Below the pieces are notes generated by a model. It saw only the letters and a program-made list of their open reading frames with translations, did no database searches and was not told the origin of the DNA. DNA of 64,000 nt from an uncultured delta proteobacterium (GTDB lineage Bacteria > Desulfobacterota > Desulfobacteria > Desulfobacterales > B30-G6): positions 832,001-896,000 of the forward strand of contig CAWGLD010000001.1 in the NCBI GenBank assembly GCA_963823335.1, written 5' to 3'. Of the stretch, positions 29,332 through 39,286 are shown one piece after another; the stretch's first letter is position 1; every line of letters begins with the position of its first letter. A program made the position numbers and the translations under genes.

Positions 29332-30014
29332 TAACGATCCACATGGAAAGCATAGGGCGAAGCTTTCGGGTGGGAGATGAATCGGTTCAGGCCCTGAGCC
29401 GTATCAACCTTTCCATAACAAAGGGAGAATATATTTCCATTATGGGTCCGTCCGGATCGGGGAAATCGACCCTGCTGAACATTTTGGGTCTTCTGGATCG
29501 ACCCAGCGCAGGCATCTATCGATTTGAGGACACCGATACCACCCGACTGGATGACCGGCAGCAGGCCCAGGTCCGGCGGCATAAGATCGGATTTGTCTTT
29601 CAATTTTTTCACCTTATCCCAAGGTTGACTGCTGCAGAAAATGTGGAGCTCCCGTTGATACTGGCCGGTGAAGATCCTGGAAAGCGTAAACAACGCGTCA
29701 AGGAAATCATGGCGCGGGTGGGGCTGTCGGACCGGGCCAAGCACCGCCCGGAACAGCTCTCAGGCGGCCAGCGACAGCGAACGGCCATAGCCAGGGCGAC
29801 CATTATGAATCCGGCTGTCATTCTGGCGGACGAACCCACCGGCAACCTTGACAGAGCATCCGGAAGTGATGTCATACAGACCATTGAAACCCTCAATGGT
29901 GAGGGGATGACGGTGGTCCTGGTCACCCACGACCCGGAACTCGGCGAACGTACCCGGCGGCGGATACAAATGGTGGACGGCCGGATAGTCTCAGACAGCG
30001 GAGAAAAAGAGTGA
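29328..30014 (+). CDS. ABC transporter ATP-binding protein (MacB/LolD-type)
   Basis: GPSGSGKST, LSGGQRQR, LADEPTGNLD, VTHD; GTG start overlapping the upstream stop. Confidence 0.93.
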   Translation: MITIHMESIGRSFRVGDESVQALSRINLSITKGEYISIMGPSGSGKSTLLNILGLLDRPSAGIYRFEDTDTTRLDDRQQAQVRRHKIGFVFQFFHLIPRLTAAENVELPLILAGEDPGKRKQRVKEIMARVGLSDRAKHRPEQLSGGQRQRTAIARATIMNPAVILADEPTGNLDRASGSDVIQTIETLNGEGMTVVLVTHDPELGERTRRRIQMVDGRIVSDSGEKE

Positions 30015-31216
30015 ATATTCGCGATCTTGTCCGATTCTCCATCCGGGCCCTGTCCGGTTATCCGCTGCGGACCGGTCTGATGCTGCTTGCCATGGCCATG
30101 GGTGTCTGCTCCGTTGTTGTGCTGACGGCGTTGGGTGAAGGCGCCCGGCAGTATGTGGCCGGGCAGTTCACATCTCTGGGGACCCACATATTGATCGTTC
30201 TTCCGGGACGCAACGAGACCACCGGAGGCCCGCCACCCATGATGGGGGCGACACCGCGCGATCTGACCGTGGAAGATGCCATGGCGTTGAAACGAAGCAG
30301 TGCCGTTCACCGGGTGGCGCCCATCATGGTAGGTTCGGCACCCGTAGCCTATGCCGGCCGTGAAAGGGAAGTAACGATTCTAGGCTCCACGTCTGAACTG
30401 TTCGGGATTCGGGATCTTTCCATGGCCCAGGGCCGGTTTCTTTCCGAAGGAGACGTCACGCGCGCGGAGGCCGTTTGTACGCTGGGACAAAAAATCAAAG
30501 CGGAATTGTTCGGCAATGCTTCAGCTTTGGGCCGTTTTGTCCGTATCGGTGATCGGCGGTTTCGCGTTGTTGGCGTGCTGGCAAAGAAAGGGCAGTCTCT
30601 GGGACTTGACATGAGTGACGTGGTGGTGATCAACGTTGCATCGGCGGCGGCGCTCTTCAACCGGGCATCTCTTTTTCGTATTCTGGTTCAGGCCAGAAGC
30701 AGGGATGCCGTCGCGCGCGCCAAGACAACGATGCTTGAAATTATTCGTGACCGACATGATGGTGAAGACGATGTGACCATCATCACCCAGGATGCCCTGC
30801 TGGCAACATTCGATCGTATTTTTATCACCCTGACCCTGGCTGTTGGCGGCATCGCTGCCATCAGTCTGGTCGTGGCAGGAATCCTGATCATGAATGTGAT
30901 GCTGGTTGCCATCTCCCAGCGTACATCAGAGATCGGACTGTTAAAAGCCCTTGGCGCACCCGGGCGTCAGATCTTAGGTCTTTTTTTAACCGAGTCGGCC
31001 TTCCTTTCCCTGGTGGGGGCGGTCCTGGGCCTGGCACTGTCCGCCGGCGGCTGCATCCTCATGCAGCGGCTGTTTCCTGCCTTTCCAATCACGGTGCCGC
31101 CCTGGTCTCCGGCGGCTGCCGTCGGTGTGGCCCTTGCCAGCGGTTTGATTTTCGGCGTTATTCCGGCCCGAAAAGCAGCCCGCATGGATCCGGTTGCGGC
31201 GCTGTCCAGGCGCTGA
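30011..31216 (+). CDS. MacB/FtsX-type ABC permease
   Basis: R..LM, periplasmic core, IMNVMLVAI.QRT.EIGLLKALGA, PARKAA..DPV.AL. Confidence 0.92.
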   Translation: MNIRDLVRFSIRALSGYPLRTGLMLLAMAMGVCSVVVLTALGEGARQYVAGQFTSLGTHILIVLPGRNETTGGPPPMMGATPRDLTVEDAMALKRSSAVHRVAPIMVGSAPVAYAGREREVTILGSTSELFGIRDLSMAQGRFLSEGDVTRAEAVCTLGQKIKAELFGNASALGRFVRIGDRRFRVVGVLAKKGQSLGLDMSDVVVINVASAAALFNRASLFRILVQARSRDAVARAKTTMLEIIRDRHDGEDDVTIITQDALLATFDRIFITLTLAVGGIAAISLVVAGILIMNVMLVAISQRTSEIGLLKALGAPGRQILGLFLTESAFLSLVGAVLGLALSAGGCILMQRLFPAFPITVPPWSPAAAVGVALASGLIFGVIPARKAARMDPVAALSRR

Positions 31217-31260
31217 TTTGAAAATTTTATGAAAAATTTGGATTGAGAAGAACTTTTAAT

Positions 31261-32460
31261 ATGTTTTTTCGTGATATCCTGATACTTTCTCTGCAAAGCA
31301 TCCGAAGCCAGCGCATGAGAAGTTTTCTGACAGCGCTGGGCATCGCCGTGGGAATTGCTGCCGTGGTGCTTCTGACATCCCTTGGGGAAGGGGTTCACCG
31401 TTTCGTGCTGGCCGAGTTCACTCAGTTCGGCACGAACCTGATCGGCATCACACCCGGCAAGACATCCACCATGGGTATGTCGGGAGCGGTTATCAGTAAT
31501 GTCAGGCCCCTGAGTTTGACCGATTCACTGGCACTCGCCAGGTTGTCGCGTGTAACTGCCACCGTGCCCGTTGTACAGGGAAATGCGGCGATCGAACACG
31601 GGAGCCGGACTCGTCGAACCTATCTGTTCGGTGTCGGCTCTTCTGCACCGGCAGTCTGGCAGTTAACCGTGGCCCAGGGTCGGTTCCTGCCCGAGGACGA
31701 CCCTCGCACGGCGCGGGGTTTTGCTGTTCTGGGCAGCAAGGTCAAGGACGAGCTTTTCGGAACTGAAAATCCTTTGGGAAGGCGCATCCGCATCGGTGGT
31801 GAGCGCTACCGGGTAATCGGTGTCATGGCATCGAAAGGTCAAATGCTCGGTTTTGATCTGGATGATGCCGTTTACATCCCGGTGGGACGGGCCATGGCCA
31901 TATTCGACCGGGAGAGCCTGATGGAAATCGATCTCCTGTATGCCGCCGGAAGCGATGGGGATGAGGTAGCGCGGCGTGCCAGGGAATTGCTGACAGCCAG
32001 GCATGGGTCAGAAGATTTTACGGTAATCACCCAGACCCAGATGCTGGAGGTTCTTGGCTCAGTGCTCAATGTTCTCACCATCGCAGTGGGGGCGCTGGGC
32101 GGAATTTCACTGCTTGTCGGGAGTGTTGGCATTCTGACCATTATGATCATTGCGGTTCGGGAACGCACGGCAGAGATCGGCCTTCTCAGAGCCCTGGGCG
32201 CCGGGCGACGGCAGATCATGAGCATTTTCATTGCGGAAGCCATTGTGCTGTCGAGTATCGGTGGTCTTGCCGGCCTGGTGTTGGGTTCCGGCAGCGCCTG
32301 GCTGCTGGGAAAACTCGTACCGGCACTTCCGACGCATACCCCCCTGATCTATGTGCTGTTGGCCCTGGCCCTTTCCGCCTTCGTCGGGCTCATGTCCGGT
32401 GTGCTCCCCGCGCGTCACGCCGCCGGGCTCGATCCGGTGGAAGCGCTGCGCGCCGAATAG
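31261..32460 (+). CDS. MacB/FtsX-type ABC permease (second subunit)
   Basis: RSFLTALGIAVG, ERTAEIGLLRALGA, DPVEALRAE. Confidence 0.92.
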   Translation: MFFRDILILSLQSIRSQRMRSFLTALGIAVGIAAVVLLTSLGEGVHRFVLAEFTQFGTNLIGITPGKTSTMGMSGAVISNVRPLSLTDSLALARLSRVTATVPVVQGNAAIEHGSRTRRTYLFGVGSSAPAVWQLTVAQGRFLPEDDPRTARGFAVLGSKVKDELFGTENPLGRRIRIGGERYRVIGVMASKGQMLGFDLDDAVYIPVGRAMAIFDRESLMEIDLLYAAGSDGDEVARRARELLTARHGSEDFTVITQTQMLEVLGSVLNVLTIAVGALGGISLLVGSVGILTIMIIAVRERTAEIGLLRALGAGRRQIMSIFIAEAIVLSSIGGLAGLVLGSGSAWLLGKLVPALPTHTPLIYVLLALALSAFVGLMSGVLPARHAAGLDPVEALRAE

Positions 32461-32496
32461 CTCGAAAAGAAGATAAATGAATGAAATTGAGATCAA

Positions 32497-33510
32497 ATGA
32501 AGAAGATCATAAGAAGTCTTTGCTGGTTTAGTGAGCGTCCATCAATCGCTGGCATATCTGACCGGCTCAATGAGATCGAAGGAAAACTCAGCGAGAAAGG
32601 TTACCTGGTTCAGACAAAACGCGTTTGCTTCAACAATACACGCATCGATGCGCTGCGCCAGTGGGAAAATAAAGACTCACTGTATCTCAGCATCGGCACC
32701 TTGAACTTTGAGTCTTTGACGGAACAGCTCACAGATTTTCTTCAAGCAGGAAATGTATCTCTCAATCTTGATCTTACAGATGGCGTTTCAGCCAAACATG
32801 TTGACGTACTGCTGCGGATTATTATGGAGGTGCCGGCCAAGACATTTAATTTCACATACACATTTCATAATCGGTCTTCCAGTCCGTTTTTTCCCTCGGC
32901 GACTTTCGAACATTCAGGTTTTGCTCTAGGCTTACAACCCACCGATCTTTCTGAAGGATGTCTGGATTTGACAGCATGGTTGTCTGCCATGGAAACCGTC
33001 TGGTTTGAGATCTGTGAGATTCTGGATGGTAACGAACGCTTCCTGGGTATCGACGCATCCATCGCGCCGCTGTTCAGGGGCGAGAGCAGCCTGGTCCATT
33101 TCGTGAAAAAGATCTTTGGCGATTTTTCAAAGGCGGTAACAACGGATTTTTTCATCAAGATCACAACGTTCCTGTCCACACGTAACCCAAAACCCGTGGG
33201 TCTCTGCGGGTTGATGTTGCCGTGTCTTGAGGATTTCGAACTGGCGGAGGAATACGAAGCAGGTCGATTTTCAATCGAAAGGAATGTCTTCCTCGCCCTG
33301 CATTCCGGACTCGGGGTAGACACCTATCCGGTTGGTATCGATGAGAATCCAGAGAGAATCCTGCAGATATTGTGTCTCCTCCAAAAACTCTCTGCCAAGT
33401 ATGAAAAGCCGCTGTCGGCCCGCTTTGTGTCCGATGGAAAAACCAAGATAGGGGAAGTATCCGACTTTCAGAACCCATATCTGAAGGATGTCAAGATCCG
33501 CCCTTTATAA
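32497..33510 (+). CDS. DUF711-family protein
   Basis: QTKRV, SPFFPSA, GIDASIAP, GLCGLMLP.LED..LA, GLGVDTYP, KPLSAR. Confidence 0.7.
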   Translation: MKKIIRSLCWFSERPSIAGISDRLNEIEGKLSEKGYLVQTKRVCFNNTRIDALRQWENKDSLYLSIGTLNFESLTEQLTDFLQAGNVSLNLDLTDGVSAKHVDVLLRIIMEVPAKTFNFTYTFHNRSSSPFFPSATFEHSGFALGLQPTDLSEGCLDLTAWLSAMETVWFEICEILDGNERFLGIDASIAPLFRGESSLVHFVKKIFGDFSKAVTTDFFIKITTFLSTRNPKPVGLCGLMLPCLEDFELAEEYEAGRFSIERNVFLALHSGLGVDTYPVGIDENPERILQILCLLQKLSAKYEKPLSARFVSDGKTKIGEVSDFQNPYLKDVKIRPL

Positions 33511-33519
33511 AGGAACATC

Positions 33520-34770
33520 ATGCAACGTCGTTTCATCCATACAGCAGACATTCACTTGGGAAAAACCTACCGCAACTCTCCCGGGGAAGCGAAGCGTTAC
33601 CAAGATTTTTTTCGATGCCTGTCGGATATTGTAAAAAATGCTGTGCTTGAAAAAGTTGATTTCGTTCTCATCTGCGGAGACTTGTTCCACACCGGACAAA
33701 TCCTGCCCAGGACCTTTGCCAAAACCATTGAAACCCTGCAACCACTTAAAATATCACGTATTCCCTGTATTGCCATCGAAGGCAATCACGACTGGATTCA
33801 CAGACGCAACAACATCTCCTGGATGGAAGCCCTTTCCGAAATGGGTTATATCCGTTTGCTGCGTCCGGCGCGCACCAAAGATGGCGGCTATCAATTCGAC
33901 CCTTTTGATGAAGAGACCGGTATGGGTGGACATGTTGAGATCGACGGCTTGAGTATTTATGGCCTTGGTTATATCGGCACCCAGGCCGGCAGCCATGTCG
34001 AACGCATCTGTAATGCGGTCAACACCGATAACAACCTGCTGCTTTTTCATGTGGGCATCTGGAAGTATTCACCAGTTGAAATTGGCAACATGAAAATTGA
34101 AGAGGCTCATCCCCTGGCCGATAAATTCAGTTATGTCGCCCTCGGACACGGACACAAACCCTATGTGATCGAAACCCCGGACGGAAAGCCTTATGCCTAC
34201 AACCCCGGGGCACCGGAAAGGGTCAACTTCGGTGAAGAAAAATATGACAAGGGATACTATTTTGTCACCTTCGAAGATGGCAATTTTATCCCGGAATTCA
34301 GACGGACCAATCCGCGTCCCATGCTGGTCGAGATAATCAATCTGGACGGTGCTGATGATGCAGATAGAGCCCTTGCCCGATATCGAGAGCAGGTCAAGAA
34401 AAAGCTGTCACTACAGACCGATGAACGTTCGCCATTGCTGGAACTGAAATTGACCGGGCGGATCGGTTTTCATCCCTTCGAGTTAGGACGTGAACGGCTG
34501 AGACTGGCCCTTGAGGATATTGCTTCTCCATTACATGTAGAAATAAAAAACCACCTTTCGCTGGTTGCCCGGACGGGTGGAGAGGAAGTCGTCAAAAAGT
34601 CCCTGGCCGAAATTGAAAACGATGTGCTGCATGAATTGATCGGCACACACAGCCAATACAGCGGTCGTGAAGAAGCCTTGACGCGCCTGTCACTATCGAT
34701 CCGAGATTTGGTCTTGAAGGGTGATGTCGAAGATGACGAACTGCTTGGGCTTCTCCCGGATAAGGATTAA
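33520..34770 (+). CDS. sbcD: SbcD/Mre11 metallophosphoesterase nuclease
   Basis: HTADIHLG, GDLFH, GNHD, FH, ALGHGH, NPG..E. Confidence 0.88.
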   Translation: MQRRFIHTADIHLGKTYRNSPGEAKRYQDFFRCLSDIVKNAVLEKVDFVLICGDLFHTGQILPRTFAKTIETLQPLKISRIPCIAIEGNHDWIHRRNNISWMEALSEMGYIRLLRPARTKDGGYQFDPFDEETGMGGHVEIDGLSIYGLGYIGTQAGSHVERICNAVNTDNNLLLFHVGIWKYSPVEIGNMKIEEAHPLADKFSYVALGHGHKPYVIETPDGKPYAYNPGAPERVNFGEEKYDKGYYFVTFEDGNFIPEFRRTNPRPMLVEIINLDGADDADRALARYREQVKKKLSLQTDERSPLLELKLTGRIGFHPFELGRERLRLALEDIASPLHVEIKNHLSLVARTGGEEVVKKSLAEIENDVLHELIGTHSQYSGREEALTRLSLSIRDLVLKGDVEDDELLGLLPDKD

Positions 34771-34773
34771 TCC

Positions 34774-37209
34774 ATGCAGATTATTTCTATCTCTTTGAAA
34801 AACATAAAATCCCACCGCGAAAAAGAATTGCATTTTGTCAACGGGATCAATGTGCTTTCCGGTGACAACGGGGTCGGTAAAAGCACAATCTTTGAGGCCA
34901 TTGGTTACGCTTTGTTTGGCGTTGATGCCCGTGACTTTGTGGGCAACATCGAGCGTTTCATTACCATCGGTGCCAAAAAGGGCGAAATTGCCGTGACCTT
35001 TGCAACGGATGAGAGTGAAACATATCGGGTTTCCCGCAGTGTTGGCGCCGGATCCAAATGGCTGTTGGCCCGGGAGATCAGCGGAGCGTTTGAAGTTGAG
35101 GACCATGCCGGAGCCCCGGAAACGGAAGCCCGGATCAAGGAACTGCTCAAACTCGATAGCGGCCGATCCCTGGCTGATCAATATAAACTCGTGATCGGTC
35201 CCTTTCAGAATGAATTTCTGGGTCCTTTTGTACTCAAGCAGCCCACCAAACGCCAGGTTGCCTTTGATGAGATTCTTGGCATCGATGCCTGGCGTAAAAC
35301 GTTCAAAGGTACCAGCTCCCTGCAGGCGTCCATCAAGAACAAGATTGAAATAATGAACGTGGAGATAGAAGGCAAACAGGAACAGGTAACCCCCCTGCCC
35401 CAACGAAAAAAAGAACTGTCCGCTTTGGTCAAAAGCGCCGGTGCCCAGCAGAAGGTTTTATCAAAAAGGAAAAAGACCTTAACGGATACAGAAAAACAGC
35501 TTACCAAACTCGATGGACAGGAAAAAACGACAAATACCGTCAAGTCCGATATCCAGGTGCTTGATAATCGTATCCGTGATGGCGAAGGGAAAATTGCCGA
35601 CCAGAAAAAACGGGTTAAAGAGGCCGAGGCGGCCCTTGAAATCCTTGAAAAGAGTCGGGCAGGCAAGGAAGCCTTTGATGCGGCTGAAGCTGATCTTAAG
35701 TCCTTACGGAATCAGGAAATGCAGAGAAGAAAGATCGAAAAGGATATCAATGCGCTGGACAAAGAAAGTGCCCGACTCTCCCAGGCATTACAACACGAAA
35801 TCCGTGAAGTCGGGAAAACCGAAAAACAACTTGCAGAAGAAGAACGTCAGCTTAAAGGTGATCAGAAAACACTGACAGCGGATGACAGCATTACCAAAAC
35901 AGCGGCCCGGCTACCGGAGTTAAGAAAGGATGAAGAAAACCTCCTCTCCGCCAAGGGTCTTCTCGAAGGAAGACGGGCAGGTCTGCTGGAAGGGAAAGAA
36001 AAACTTGCCCAAGGCAACTGCCCCTTTTTCAAGGAAGCGTGCCAGAACATTGCCGCTAAAGCCCCACGCGATGTTTTCAGTTCCAAGGTTGACGATCTGG
36101 ACAAAGAAAGCCTTGATCTGGACAACCGTTTGCGTGGTCTTAGCCGGGAGATCACAGCGGCTGATAAAGCCCAGCATGAATTAGATTCGATTAAGGTCAG
36201 AACACAGGAGATTGAAAAACAACTCATCGTCCTATCCAGGAAGCGAAAGGACAACGATACCCGCAAGCAAGCGCTTCAGAAGACTCAAAAGCAACAGGAG
36301 GCAGCTGAAAAAAAGGCCTTAGCCCGGAAGAAAGACCTGAAGACGTACCATAAGCTGGATACGGAAATAGCAAGGATCGAAAAATTGCGGACGGAGCACC
36401 AGCTTGCCCGGGATGCTTTCCTTGCCAATCAAAAAGATGCCAAGGATCTGAACAATCGACGCAAATCCCTGGAAAAGATGTTGAAGCTATTTGATGAACG
36501 AATACAGTTCCTTGCTGCTAAGCAACAAGCGCTTGGTACGTTGGAAAAAGAATATGATTCAAGACACCACGCAGAGGTTCGCCTGATAAAAGAGCAACTG
36601 CTTGCAGAACTTGCCACAATAACGCAGAAAATGAATGCTCTCGATAAGGATAGAAAGCGCCTCGAAGAAGAGATCAAAAAAATGAAACAGATTAAAGAAG
36701 AGATCAAGACGCGCCTGGCCCAAAAGAGAAGTTTTGAAGACAAAGAAGCGCTGGTCAAATTCTTACGAAACAATATCTTCAACAATGTTTCAGCGCAGCT
36801 CTCAGAACGTTTTCGGGAAGAAATAAGTTTACGGGCCGATATCATTTATCGCAATATCGCCGAAGCCGATGAAGAGCTTCACTGGGGCGATAAATACCAG
36901 ATCGTTCTGAGGGACATGCAGAATGGCGAATTAAGGGAGCGAACCGATGACCAGTTGTCCGGCGGGCAGACCATGAGTGCTGTGGTCGCCCTGCGCCTGG
37001 CCTTGCTGCAGACCATCGGTGCGAGAGTGGCATTTTTTGATGAACCCACATCAAACCTCGATGCCGCCCGCCGAGCCAATCTGGCCAATGCCTTCCGTGC
37101 CATTGATGTGGGACGTGAAGAAGTGACAGAGCATTGGTACGACCAGCTTTTCCTGATCAGTCACGATGTTGCATTTACCGAAGTGACGGATCAGATTATT
37201 TCTCTTTAA
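34774..37209 (+). CDS. sbcC: SbcC/Rad50 SMC-like ATPase
   Basis: NIKSH, GDNGVGKST, Q-loop, long coiled coil, LSGGQ, FFDEPTSNLD, ISH. Confidence 0.9.
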   Translation: MQIISISLKNIKSHREKELHFVNGINVLSGDNGVGKSTIFEAIGYALFGVDARDFVGNIERFITIGAKKGEIAVTFATDESETYRVSRSVGAGSKWLLAREISGAFEVEDHAGAPETEARIKELLKLDSGRSLADQYKLVIGPFQNEFLGPFVLKQPTKRQVAFDEILGIDAWRKTFKGTSSLQASIKNKIEIMNVEIEGKQEQVTPLPQRKKELSALVKSAGAQQKVLSKRKKTLTDTEKQLTKLDGQEKTTNTVKSDIQVLDNRIRDGEGKIADQKKRVKEAEAALEILEKSRAGKEAFDAAEADLKSLRNQEMQRRKIEKDINALDKESARLSQALQHEIREVGKTEKQLAEEERQLKGDQKTLTADDSITKTAARLPELRKDEENLLSAKGLLEGRRAGLLEGKEKLAQGNCPFFKEACQNIAAKAPRDVFSSKVDDLDKESLDLDNRLRGLSREITAADKAQHELDSIKVRTQEIEKQLIVLSRKRKDNDTRKQALQKTQKQQEAAEKKALARKKDLKTYHKLDTEIARIEKLRTEHQLARDAFLANQKDAKDLNNRRKSLEKMLKLFDERIQFLAAKQQALGTLEKEYDSRHHAEVRLIKEQLLAELATITQKMNALDKDRKRLEEEIKKMKQIKEEIKTRLAQKRSFEDKEALVKFLRNNIFNNVSAQLSERFREEISLRADIIYRNIAEADEELHWGDKYQIVLRDMQNGELRERTDDQLSGGQTMSAVVALRLALLQTIGARVAFFDEPTSNLDAARRANLANAFRAIDVGREEVTEHWYDQLFLISHDVAFTEVTDQIISL

Positions 37210-37265
37210 TACCAGGGGAAATGTCTATATATATGGATCATCTTCAAAAGAGTTGATCTAAAAGA

Positions 37266-37420
37266 AGGATTCAAGGATTCTCGGGGTCCAGGATTCGAGT
37301 GACATGCCTAAAAATTATTTGGGAAATTAAAAGGGGAGATAGGGGATATTGAGAGAATGCTGAAAACGTTGATCAAATCCCTGGAAAACAAACACTTGAA
37401 TCCTGGACTCCTTGAACCCT
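37266..37420 (+). pseudogene. Four-helix-bundle (23S rRNA IVS protein-like) gene remnant inside octamer inverted repeats
   Basis: ATG 37304 MPKNY, then in another frame FGKLKGEIGDIERMLKTLIKSLENKHLNP; flanked by GGGGTCCAGGATTCGAGTG / CACTTGAATCCTGGACTCC. Confidence 0.65.
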
Positions 37421-37448
37421 TTCATTTAAATTGGGAGTTGATTGTAAA

Positions 37449-37661
37449 ATGAGAGCAGTCGAAATAACACAAGAGCCCATCGAACTCTATAAAATTTTGA
37501 AATTCGAGAATATGGTCAGTAGCGGCGGAGAAGCAAAACATGTAATCTCCCAAGGCCAGGTTGCGGTAAATGGTGTGGTTGAAACCAGAAAACGAAAAAA
37601 GATATTTTCAGGTGATATCGTAGAATTTAAAGATGAAAAACTCCACATAAAAATCAAATGA
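37449..37661 (+). CDS. S4-domain RNA-binding protein (YbcJ/YaaA-like)
   Basis: IELYKILK..SGGEAK..I..G.V.VNG..ETRKRKK..GD.V. Confidence 0.9.
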   Translation: MRAVEITQEPIELYKILKFENMVSSGGEAKHVISQGQVAVNGVVETRKRKKIFSGDIVEFKDEKLHIKIK

Positions 37662-37670
37662 GGTTAAAGC

Positions 37671-37958
37671 ATGAAAAATATTTTTGATGGTAAAAAGACA
37701 GCAAAATTTGGGACTGAAAAAAATCCGGCTACTGTACGCGTACAAACAAAAAAGAGAGCTAAGGAATTAGAATCTGTATTTGAAGAAAACAATTGGAAAT
37801 ATACAATTGAGTTAGATCCGGAGAAACCTGAGGATACCAACGACCTGGAAATATTATTGAATCCACAAAAAACAAGAATTGCCGAAAAGAAAATAGGACG
37901 CAATGTAACCTGCCCATGCGGAAGCGGGAAAAAGCATAAAAAGTGCTGTGGCAAATAA
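37671..37958 (+). CDS. SEC-C motif protein
   Basis: C-terminal [15 protein letters not shown]. Confidence 0.85.
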   Translation: MKNIFDGKKTAKFGTEKNPATVRVQTKKRAKELESVFEENNWKYTIELDPEKPEDTNDLEILLNPQKTRIAEKKIGRNVTCPCGSGKKHKKCCGK

Positions 37959-38043
37959 GGGGCAGTATCACGCAAGCTGCCTGAAATAACAATTAAACCA
38001 TATTGTTCTTCAGTCTCGTATTGACAAATTTGGCGGATCAAAC

Positions 38044-39108
38044 ATGGATTCATTAAAAATTGCGGTTATTCCAGGAGATGGAATCGGGAAGGAAGTCATC
38101 CCTGAGGGTATCCGTGCCCTGGAAGCAGCCGGAAACAAGCATGATGTCCATTTTGAGTGGACTGAATTTGACTGGTCCTGTGAGACCTATCATAAAACTG
38201 GACGCATGATGCCCGAAGACGGTATCCAACAGCTCAAGCATTTCGATGCCATCTACCTGGGTGCCGTTGGTTTTCCCGGCGTACCCGATCACATCTCGCT
38301 GTGGGGGCTGCTGCTCCCCATCAGAAGGGCCTTTGACCAGTATGTCAATCTACGCCCGGTCAGGTTGTTCGATGGCGTACCTTGCCCACTGGTCGGTAAA
38401 AAGCCGGGTGATATAGATTTCTATGTGGTACGAGAGAATGTAGAAGGCGAATATTCCACGGTGGGGGGTATTCAGTATGAAGGGACAGATCACGAGGTCG
38501 TATCCCAATTGAGCCTGTTTACCCGTCGAGGCACCGACCGTATCATCAAATTCGCATTCGAGCTTGCCCAAAGCCGACCGGCCCGACATTTGACATCAGC
38601 AACCAAATCAAATGGTATCTTCCACACCATGCCCTACTGGGACAGCCGCGTCGAAGAGATCTCCAGAACCCATCCAGATGTCACGGTCGATAAATACCAC
38701 ATTGATATCTTAACGGCAAATTTTGTGCGCATGCCCGAACATTTCGATGTCGTGGTGGGTTCCAATCTGTTTGGGGACATTCTTTCCGATTTAGGCCCCG
38801 CCTGTACCGGCACCATCGCCATTGCCCCGTCAGCAAACATCAACCCCGAAAAAACGTTTCCATCCATGTTCGAACCCGTGCATGGCTCCGCTCCTGATAT
38901 TGCCGGCCGGGGAATTGCCAATCCCATTGGAACCATCTGGGCCGGCGCCATGATGATGCAGCACCTGGGATATCCCATGCTGCACGATACGTTGATTATA
39001 GCAATTGAAACCGTATTGCGTGATCCCAAGAACCTGACGCCTGACATGGGTGGCAATGCCGGTACCCGCGAACTTGGCCAGGCCGTGGTGGCGGTTATGG
39101 CCGGATAG
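38044..39108 (+). CDS. Tartrate dehydrogenase / D-malate dehydrogenase (decarboxylating)
   Basis: IPGDGIGKEV, VPDHISLWG, RENVEGEY, TKSNG..MPYWD, NLFGDILSD, FEPVHGSAPDIAG. Confidence 0.9.
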   Translation: MDSLKIAVIPGDGIGKEVIPEGIRALEAAGNKHDVHFEWTEFDWSCETYHKTGRMMPEDGIQQLKHFDAIYLGAVGFPGVPDHISLWGLLLPIRRAFDQYVNLRPVRLFDGVPCPLVGKKPGDIDFYVVRENVEGEYSTVGGIQYEGTDHEVVSQLSLFTRRGTDRIIKFAFELAQSRPARHLTSATKSNGIFHTMPYWDSRVEEISRTHPDVTVDKYHIDILTANFVRMPEHFDVVVGSNLFGDILSDLGPACTGTIAIAPSANINPEKTFPSMFEPVHGSAPDIAGRGIANPIGTIWAGAMMMQHLGYPMLHDTLIIAIETVLRDPKNLTPDMGGNAGTRELGQAVVAVMAG

Positions 39109-39286
39109 GATTAAAGCCGTCAATCGAACAAGCGGTTTTGTTTTTGTCGATATCGGTATTTTTCTGGCAACGTCCTAAAACCATTGAATGTATAACACAC
39201 CTGTTCATCTGAAATGTTGATTGACATTTGGTCGATTTCATGTTTTCTGACAAAATCTATTAAAATCCGATTACAAAGGAAGCTTT

